A stretch of DNA of 34,372 bases, taken from assembly GCA_012719255.1 (NCBI GenBank), contig JAAYAS010000272.1:1-34372 (forward strand), given 5' to 3'. The notes below the pieces were generated by a model. It made no database searches, was not told the DNA's origin, and saw only the letters and a list, made by a program, of their open reading frames with translations. The first letter of the stretch is position 1; each line of letters starts with the position of its first letter. Source of the DNA: Microbacteriaceae bacterium (lineage in GTDB: Bacteria; Actinomycetota; Actinomycetes; Actinomycetales; Microbacteriaceae). Made by a program: the position numbers and the translations under genes. This document shows, piece by piece, positions 28,373 to 34,372 of this stretch.

Positions 28373-30166
28373 TCAGTCGCGCACGACCTCGCGGCGGGTG
28401 TCGGGGAGGCGGCGGGTGAGGCCTCGGCGGTCGAGCAGCTCGAGCAGCGGGATCGCGACCCGGCGGGTGGTGCCGAGCGCCTGCCGCGCCTCGCTCGCGG
28501 TGAAGGGCTGCGGCAGCCGCGCGAGCTCGCGGGCGGCGCGGGCCGGCGCATCCGGTCGCAGCACCACGCCGTCGGCGATGCGCACGAGCCGGCCCACGCG
28601 CTCGGCGGCGGCGAGCTCCTTCGGCCCGAGCCGCAGCGCCGCGAGGTCGTCGGCCTCGGGCGCCGCGAAGGGCCGCTCGCCGAGCCGGCGCTCGAGCTCG
28701 GCGACGCCGCGCTCGGCCGCGCCGAGGCTCGCGGCCGCCCCGGGCATCCGGATGCGGCCGGCGACCACCTCGAGGCGCGCGAGCCGCACGACCGCGCCCG
28801 CGAGCCGGGCGTCGGGCAGGCGCAGCGCGTCGACGGCGGCGTCGCGGGTGAGCCCCGGCGAGAGCGGATCGCGCTCGGCGTCGGCGGTGACCGCGGTGCG
28901 CAGCCGGCGGGCCCAATCCGCGAGCGCGGGCTTCGCGACGAGCCAGTCGCCGACGCGCAGGAGTCCGTCGGGCAGCGGGTCGTCGACCGCGAGGCCGAGC
29001 CGGGCGAGCGCGTCGGCGGGGGCGGCGCCGCGCCGCGACACCTCGTGCGCGAGGTCGCCGGCCGGGTCGAGCCGTTCGAGCTCGGCGGCGCGCCGGGTGC
29101 CCGCGCCGCGGCGGCGCAGCACCGGCGGGTCGACGTCGAGCAGCTGCACGCCGCCGACCACCGAGCGGCCGCCCGGATCGCGCAGCACCATCCGGTCGCC
29201 GAGCCGCAGCGGCAGCGGCCGCTCGAGCCGCAGCCGCACGTGATCGGGGCCGAAGGGGCGCAGATGCGCGGGCACCGCCGCCGAGCCGACGTGCACGATC
29301 AGCTGCTCGGGCAGGTCGTCGAGCGCGGCGCCCGACACCCGCCGGGCGTCGACGGTCGCGGTGCGGTGCCAGGCGCCGGGGGAGAGCAGCGCATCCCCCC
29401 GCCCCGCCGCCTCGACCGGGATGCCGCGGAGGTTGAGCGCCACCCGCTGCACGCCGACCGCCTCGTCGAGCCGCTCGCCGCGCGATTGGATGCCGCGCAC
29501 CTCGACGCGGTGGCCGTCGCCGAGCTCGAACGCGTCGCCGCGGGCGATGCGGCCGGCACTCAGCGTGCCGGTGACGACGGTGCCGGCGCCCGCGATCGAG
29601 AACGAGCGGTCGATCCACAGCCGCACCGGCGCGGCGTCGTCGGCCGGCGGCACCGTCGCGAGCACGTCGTCGAGCGCGGCGCGCAGCGCGTCGAGGCCGG
29701 CGCCGGTGCGCGCCGACACCGGCACGATCGGGGCGGCGGCGAGGCCGGTCGGCGCGAGCCGCTCGCGGATCTCGGCGCTCGCGGCGGCGAGCTGCTCGGC
29801 GCTCGCGAGGTCGGTGCGGGCGAGGGCGACGACGCCGTGGCGGATGCCGAGCGCCGCGGCCGCCGCGAGGTGGTCGCTCGACTGCGGCTGCCAGCCCTGG
29901 TCGGCGGCAACGACGAAGAGCACCACCGGCGCGGGGCCGAGGCCGGCGAGCATGTTGCCGAGGAATCGCTCGTGGCCGGGCACGTCGACGAACGCGAGCC
30001 GGCGCCCGCTCGGCAGGTCGGTCCAGGCGAAACCGAGGTCGATGGTGAGGCCGCGGCGGCGCTCCTCGTCCCAGCGGTCGGGTTCGATGCCGGTGAGCGC
30101 GCGCACGAGCGTCGACTTGCCGTGGTCGACGTGGCCCGAGGTGGCGACGACGAACGAGCGGGTCAC
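28373..30166 (-). CDS. selB: Selenocysteine-specific elongation factor
   Basis: GHVDHGKS, RGLTIDLGFA, DVPGHERF..NML.G, IDRSF...G.GTVVTGT, C-terminal winged helix TTRRVAIPLLE.LD; GTGA overlap with selA. Confidence 0.95.
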   Translation of the reverse strand: MTRSFVVATSGHVDHGKSTLVRALTGIEPDRWDEERRRGLTIDLGFAWTDLPSGRRLAFVDVPGHERFLGNMLAGLGPAPVVLFVVAADQGWQPQSSDHLAAAAALGIRHGVVALARTDLASAEQLAAASAEIRERLAPTGLAAAPIVPVSARTGAGLDALRAALDDVLATVPPADDAAPVRLWIDRSFSIAGAGTVVTGTLSAGRIARGDAFELGDGHRVEVRGIQSRGERLDEAVGVQRVALNLRGIPVEAAGRGDALLSPGAWHRTATVDARRVSGAALDDLPEQLIVHVGSAAVPAHLRPFGPDHVRLRLERPLPLRLGDRMVLRDPGGRSVVGGVQLLDVDPPVLRRRGAGTRRAAELERLDPAGDLAHEVSRRGAAPADALARLGLAVDDPLPDGLLRVGDWLVAKPALADWARRLRTAVTADAERDPLSPGLTRDAAVDALRLPDARLAGAVVRLARLEVVAGRIRMPGAAASLGAAERGVAELERRLGERPFAAPEADDLAALRLGPKELAAAERVGRLVRIADGVVLRPDAPARAARELARLPQPFTASEARQALGTTRRVAIPLLELLDRRGLTRRLPDTRREVVRD

Positions 30167-31773
30167 GGGGCCGCGGTCCCGTCGGCGGCGAGCGCGGGCC
30201 CGAGCCCGTCGAGCGCCGCGGCGATCGCGGCGGCGAGCCGCTCGTCATCGGCGGGCGGGATGCAGCGGAGATCGACGAGGCAGCGCCCCTCGTGCACGCG
30301 CGGCAGCACCGCCGGATCGCCGAGCCGCAGCCGGGCGGCCGCGGCCTCCGGCAGCGCGAGCGCCCAGCCGGGCAGCGGCACGCCGACGCCCCCGCCGCCG
30401 CCGACGCGGCCGTCGTGCGCGACGACGCGGAGCGGCGGCAGCGCCTGGGTCGCTGAGCTCGCCGAGGCCCCTGCGCCTGTCGAGACCCCTGAGCCTGTCG
30501 ATGGGTCAGGGCGCGCTTCGACGGGCTCAGTGCTCTGGTGGGCTGGGTTCGGGCGTACTTCGACGGGCTCAGTGCTCTGAGCGGCCCCTGAGCCTGTCGA
30601 AGGGATCGGGTGCGCTTCGACGGGCTCGGCGCGCTGCGCGACGGGCGCCGTGCTCCGGTGGGCGGCCGCGATCGCGGTGTCGACCCGTGCCGCGAGGCGC
30701 TCGGTGCGCGCCCGCAGCGCCGCCGCATCCGCATGCAGCGCCGTGCGCACCGGCGACTCGCCGGCGGCGACCGTCGCCTCGAGCGCGGCGAGCGCGAGCT
30801 TGTCGGCGCGCACCGCGCGGGCGAGCGGATGCCGGGCGATCGTCGCGATGAGCTCGGCGCGGCCGAGCAGCACGCCCGCCTGCGGACCGCCGAGCAGCTT
30901 GTCGCCGCTGAACACGACGACATCGGCGCCGTCGCGCAGGGCGGTCGCCGCATCCGGCTCGTCGGGCAGCGCCGCATCCGGTGCGAGCAGGCCCGAGCCG
31001 AGGTCGACGACGAGCGGCACCCCCGCATCCCGGCACATCGCCGCGAGCTCGGGCACGCCGACCTCGGCGGTGAAGCCGTCGACGCGGTAGTTGCTCGGAT
31101 GCACCTTGAGCACGCAGCCGGTTTCCTCGCCGATCGCCTCGCGGTAGTCGGCGGGATGCGTGCGGTTCGTCGTGCCGATCTCGCGCAGCCGCGCGCCGGT
31201 CGAGGCGATGAGGTCGGAGAGCCGGAAGCCCGCGCCGATCTCGATGAACTCGCCCCGGCTCAGCACCACCTCGCGGCCCCCCGCGGGGCGGCCCGGCGCC
31301 GGCGACGCCCCGGCGAGGGCGGTGGTCGCGAGCACGAGCGCGGCGGCAGCGTTGTTCACGACGAGCGCGTCCTCGGCGGCCGGGCAGGCGCGCAGCAGCG
31401 CCGCCCGCATCCCCGCGCCGCGGCGCGAGCGCGCGCCCGAGGCGAGATCGAGTTCGAGGTCGACGTAGCCCGCCGCCGTGGCGACCGCCTCGCGGGCCGC
31501 GGCCGACAGCGGCGCGCGGCCGAGGTTCGTGTGCACGAGCACGCCGGTGGCGTTGAGCACGGGCCGCAGCGAACCGGGCCGCGCATCGCCGACGACGGCG
31601 CGCACCTCGTCGGCGACCGCATCCGGGTCGAGCTCGCCGCGGCGCGCGCGGTCCTGCACGGCGCGCACGAGGTCGGCGACCACCCGCTCGCCGACCGCGC
31701 CGGCCGCCGCGCGCACCTCGGGCAGCGCGAGCAGCTCGTCGGTGCGGGGGATGCGGCGGCGCGGGTCGTGCAC
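30163..31773 (-). CDS. selA: L-seryl-tRNA(Sec) selenium transferase with an in-frame repeat insertion
   Basis: LNATGV..HTNLGRAPL, VVNN.AAA, EIG.GFR, EIGTTNRT, KVHPSNY, DLGSG, SGDKLLGGPQAG (PLP Lys). Start is probably GTG 31773 (GGAG upstream) or ATG 31785; the ORF-track start lies inside selC. Confidence 0.94.
   Translation of the reverse strand: MHDPRRRIPRTDELLALPEVRAAAGAVGERVVADLVRAVQDRARRGELDPDAVADEVRAVVGDARPGSLRPVLNATGVLVHTNLGRAPLSAAAREAVATAAGYVDLELDLASGARSRRGAGMRAALLRACPAAEDALVVNNAAAALVLATTALAGASPAPGRPAGGREVVLSRGEFIEIGAGFRLSDLIASTGARLREIGTTNRTHPADYREAIGEETGCVLKVHPSNYRVDGFTAEVGVPELAAMCRDAGVPLVVDLGSGLLAPDAALPDEPDAATALRDGADVVVFSGDKLLGGPQAGVLLGRAELIATIARHPLARAVRADKLALAALEATVAAGESPVRTALHADAAALRARTERLAARVDTAIAAAHRSTAPVAQRAEPVEAHPIPSTGSGAAQSTEPVEVRPNPAHQSTEPVEARPDPSTGSGVSTGAGASASSATQALPPLRVVAHDGRVGGGGGVGVPLPGWALALPEAAAARLRLGDPAVLPRVHEGRCLVDLRCIPPADDERLAAAIAAALDGLGPALAADGTAAP
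30453..30629. repeat. Cluster of REP-like palindromic arms inside selA
   Basis: Forward arms CTGAGCCTGTCGA-type at 30453 (degenerate), 30471, 30489 and 30588; reverse arms CTTCGACGGGCTC(A/G)G at 30516, 30558 and 30615. Confidence 0.88.
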
Positions 31774-31798
31774 GAACGGCTCCATCGGGCTGGGGGCT

Positions 31799-31893
31799 TG
31801 GCGGAGGCGGACGGGAATCGAACCCGCCAGACCGAGCTGCTCGGTCTCACCGGTGTTGAAGACCGGGGGGCCCACCAGGACCCGGACGCCTCC
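31799..31893 (-). tRNA. selC: tRNA-Sec (UCA)
   Basis: 95 nt: GGAGGCG... acceptor; 6-bp D stem with UGGU loop; CCGGT-CTTCAAC-ACCGG; long variable arm AGACCGAG/CTCGGTCT; GCGGG-TTCGATT-CCCGT; G73 and CCA; lies between selA and selD. Confidence 0.96.
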
Positions 31894-31931
31894 ATCCGCG
31901 CCAACCTACCACCGCGCTACCATCGGGCCGC

Positions 31932-32927
31932 ATGAGCGAAATCGTCGACCAGCCCAGACTCACGACCATGGCCGCCGGCGGCGGCTGCGCCTGCAAGATC
32001 CCGCCCGGCGAGCTCGAGGACGCCGTCGCCGCGCTCGCCGGCCAGCACTACGACTCGGTGATCGTCGGCCTCGACGACGGCGACGACGCCGCCGCGGTGC
32101 GCATCGAGAACGGCCTCGCGGTGCTCTCGACCGCCGACTTCTTCACGCCCGTCGTCGACAGCGCCTACGACTGGGGCCGCATCGCCGCGACGAACGCGCT
32201 CAGCGACATCTACGCGATGGGCGGCACGCCGGTCGTCGCGATCAACCTCGTCGGCTGGCCCCGCGAGCGGCTGCCGATGGAGCTGATGACCGAGGTGCTG
32301 CGCGGCGGGCTCGACATCGCGAAGCAGGTGTCGGTGCCGGTGATCGGCGGCCACTCGATCGACGCGCCCGAGCCGATCTACGGCATGGCGGTCACCGGCA
32401 CCGCCGACCCCGACCGGCTCATGCGCAACGACGCCGCCGAGGCCGGCCTGCCGATCACGCTGACGAAGCCGATCGGCGTCGGCATCCTCAACAACCGCCA
32501 CAAGCGCACCGGCGAGGTGTTCGCCGAGGCGGTCGAACTGATGACGACGCTGAACGCCGACGCCTCGCGCGCCGCGGTCGAGGCCGGGGTGCGGGCCGCG
32601 ACCGACGTCACCGGCTTCGGGCTGCTCGGCCACCTCTACAAGATGTGCCGCGCCTCGGGCGTGGGCGCGGTGATCGACTCGAGCGCGGTGCCGATCCTCG
32701 ACGCGGCGCGCCGCTCGATCGAGGAGGGCTACGTGTCGGGCGGCTCGCAGCGGAACCTCGCCTGGGTGCACGAGCACCTCGACGCGGATGCCGGGGTCAC
32801 CGACGACGACCTGCTGCTGCTCGCGGATGCGCAGACCTCGGGCGGCCTGCTCGTCGTCGGCGAGGTGCCCGGGCACCCGGTGATCGGCGAGACGGTCGCC
32901 GGCGACGCCCGCATCCGCATTCGGTAA
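31932..32927 (+). CDS. selD: Selenide, water dikinase (Cys-type)
   Basis: [68 protein letters not shown]. Confidence 0.96.
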   Translation: MSEIVDQPRLTTMAAGGGCACKIPPGELEDAVAALAGQHYDSVIVGLDDGDDAAAVRIENGLAVLSTADFFTPVVDSAYDWGRIAATNALSDIYAMGGTPVVAINLVGWPRERLPMELMTEVLRGGLDIAKQVSVPVIGGHSIDAPEPIYGMAVTGTADPDRLMRNDAAEAGLPITLTKPIGVGILNNRHKRTGEVFAEAVELMTTLNADASRAAVEAGVRAATDVTGFGLLGHLYKMCRASGVGAVIDSSAVPILDAARRSIEEGYVSGGSQRNLAWVHEHLDADAGVTDDDLLLLADAQTSGGLLVVGEVPGHPVIGETVAGDARIRIR

Positions 32928-32946
32928 GGGGCGCCGGGCCCTTCAC

Positions 32947-33036
32947 CGGTCGGTGCCGCGACGGTCGGTGCCGCGACGGTCGGTGCCGCGACGGTCGGTG
33001 CCGCGCCAACCGGTGCCGCGCCAACCGGTGCCGCAC
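32947..33036. repeat. 15-bp tandem repeat, 6 units
   Basis: CGGTCGGTGCCGCG(A/C) x4 followed by CAACCGGTGCCGC.. x2. Confidence 0.9.
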
Positions 33037-33066
33037 TCACCGGCACAGTACCGGCACCCGCTAGCA

Positions 33067-33582
33067 CCCGGCATGCCTCGGGTATGTGACCCCGCTGTGG
33101 ACATCTGGGCCTGCCGCGGACAAGTGTCCCTGGCGCTGCAGGGTCACTTGTCGCCGCGAGGGTCACATGCCGAGGGTATGTGCGGTGTGCAATGCGGGGG
33201 GCAGATGCAGCGGGGCGCCAGCGATCGGGGTCGATGATCTGACCTCAGCGGCCGGGGCCCGGCGTGCACGTACCCCCGGTATGTGACCCTGTGGCGAACA
33301 TCTGCACCTGCTGCCGACAAGTGACCCTGGCACTGCATGGTCAGTTGTCGCCGCGAGGGGCACATACCGAAGGTATGTGCGGTGGGCATTGCGGAGGTGC
33401 GGGCAGATGCGGCAGGGCTCCATCGATCGATGGTCGATAGTCTGCCCTCGATGGCCGGGGCCCGGCGTGCACGTACCCCCGGTATGTGACCCTGTGGCGA
33501 ACATCTGCACCTGCTGCGGACAAGTGACCCTGGCGCTGCAGGGTCACTTGTCGCCGTGAGGGTCACATGCCGAGGGTATGTG
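33067..33582. repeat. Three tandem copies of a ~200-bp element with a ~113-bp nested-hairpin core
   Basis: GGTATGTGACCC at 33081, 33278 and 33481 (periods 197 and 203); 33250-33314 is identical to 33453-33517; each core has terminal inverted repeats and an internal hairpin. Confidence 0.9.
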
Positions 33583-33614
33583 TCGGGCGCGGTGCGGCAG
33601 CGTGGGTGTGCGCG

Positions 33615-33792
33615 GAGCGAGCGCGTCGAACGAGCGAGCGGGCCGACCGGGTGAGCGGGCCGACCGGGTGAGCGGGCCGAACGAGCGAGCGGGCCGAACG
33701 AGCGAGCGGGCCGAACGAGCGAGCGGGCCGAACGAGTGAGCGGGTCGAACGAGCGAGCGGGCCGAACGAGTGAGCGGGCCGAACGGGTGAGC
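33615..33792. repeat. 17-bp tandem repeat, 10 full units plus a partial
   Basis: Consensus GAGCGAGCGGGCCGAAC with variants GGGTGAGCGGGCCGA(A/C)C and GAGTGAGCGGG(T/C)CGAAC. Confidence 0.92.
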
Positions 33793-33819
33793 CGGGGTGC
33801 GCGGAGCGCGCGGGCGCCG

Positions 33820-34372
33820 CTACTCGGCGGTGGTGATCGAGTCGTGGGTGATGCCGGCGGCGCGGCGGGCGGCGAGGCGGGCCTTCTGCGGCTCGACGAC
33901 GTGGCGCGGGTCGCGGGTCGACTCGATGCCGGCGTCGAGCACGCCGAAGCGGGTGAGCGCCGAGGCGGCGGCGAGCGAGAGGCCCGAGGCGACGGCGACG
34001 ATCCGCGAGCGGCCGGCGAACAGCGCGCCGACGCCGCCGGCGATCGCGAGGATCTCGGCGGCCTTGAGCATCTTGCCCGGCGCGCCGGTCTCGAGCGGCT
34101 CGCGCTCGGCGGGATGCATGTCCTCCTTCATGAGGTGCATCGCGGCGACGTCGGCGGCGACGCCCGCGACCGCGAGCATCCGGGCCGGCTTCGTCTCGGC
34201 GGTCGGCGTGGTGATCATCGCGACGCCCGAGGCGGCGAGCGAGGCCGAGCCGGCGAAGACGTACGGCAGGTGCTTGCGGCCGGCGTTCCACACCGGGTTC
34301 GCGGTGTCGGCGATGAGCACCGCGGTGTAGGTGGCGAGCGGCGCGGCGAGCGCGGCGGCGCCGACGCCGGCG
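33820..34372 (-). CDS. NrfD/PsrC-family membrane anchor subunit (3' part; starts beyond the window)
   Basis: Frame stays open to the window edge (AAPLATYTAVLIADTANPVW...LPYVFAGSASLAASG...RFG...AG..S..DP...V.PQ..R), typical of actinobacterial NrfD encoded next to fdh and selD. Confidence 0.82.
   Translation of the reverse strand, partial: AGVGAAALAAPLATYTAVLIADTANPVWNAGRKHLPYVFAGSASLAASGVAMITTPTAETKPARMLAVAGVAADVAAMHLMKEDMHPAEREPLETGAPGKMLKAAEILAIAGGVGALFAGRSRIVAVASGLSLAAASALTRFGVLDAGIESTRDPRHVVEPQKARLAARRAAGITHDSITTAE

Noticed and set aside
26535-31028. 1497-aa minus-strand ORF and the many other long Arg/Ala/Pro-rich ORFs (e.g. 170-2482, 3142-5487, 6197-8326, 15826-18384)
   Set aside because: Shadow frames of real genes caused by stop-codon scarcity at very high GC; no recognisable motifs.
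31786-31875. N-terminal extension of SelA in the ORF track (MGPPVFNTG...)
   Set aside because: It is a translation of the tRNA-Sec gene; the real start is downstream (31785 or 31773).
31980-31997. Selenocysteine codon in SelD
   Set aside because: The active-site codons are TGC-GCC-TGC-AAG (Cys-Ala-Cys-Lys), not TGA.
32729-33566. Small Cys-rich ORFs across the repeat region
   Set aside because: They are translations of the repeats in several frames with atypical codon usage and no RBS; frames are not preserved between copies (periods 197 and 203).
33067-33582. CRISPR array
   Set aside because: Units are ~200 bp, the linkers are homologous rather than unique spacers, and there are no cas genes in the window.
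33615-33792. CRISPR or coding repeat (ORF 33563-34291)
   Set aside because: Head-to-tail 17-mers have no spacers; the period is not a multiple of 3; the ORF is an off-frame shadow of nrfD.
23460-34372. Integrative element inserted at tRNA-Leu, tRNA-Ala or selC
   Set aside because: No integrase or transposase, and no duplicated tRNA 3' end found by eye within the window.

Overview
Very GC-rich actinobacterial chromosome segment; gene order and protein style suggest Microbacteriaceae (inference). It is the conserved origin-proximal block: gyrA (5'-truncated), DUF3566 gene, tRNA-Ile, tRNA-Ala, an inserted set of genes (DUF2254, SDR, DUF937, metQNI, NUDIX), a cwsA-position membrane protein, ppiA, rhomboid, crgA, class E sortase, a small membrane ORF, the reverse-strand fhaA-fhaB-pstP-rodA-pbpA-pknA-pknB cluster and tRNA-Leu(CAG). 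After this come an LPxTG-anchored beta-helix surface protein, a CPBP protease, glpD, a complete selenocysteine locus (selB, selA, selC, selD) and the 3' end of an NrfD-family gene. The most unusual signals are not genes. (1) A cluster of REP-like palindromic arms sits in frame inside selA and adds about 60-75 aa. (2) The roughly 890-bp selD-nrfD intergenic region is built almost wholly from a 15-bp array, three copies of a roughly 200-bp nested-hairpin element and a 17-bp array. (3) DnaA boxes plus a 22-bp palindrome lie between rhomboid and crgA. (4) A CGCATCC/GGATGCG motif recurs throughout, even forcing rare codons. No integrase, transposase, reverse transcriptase, cas gene or CRISPR array is visible. 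I found no clearly new protein-coding system. All calls are from reading the sequence; no searches were run.
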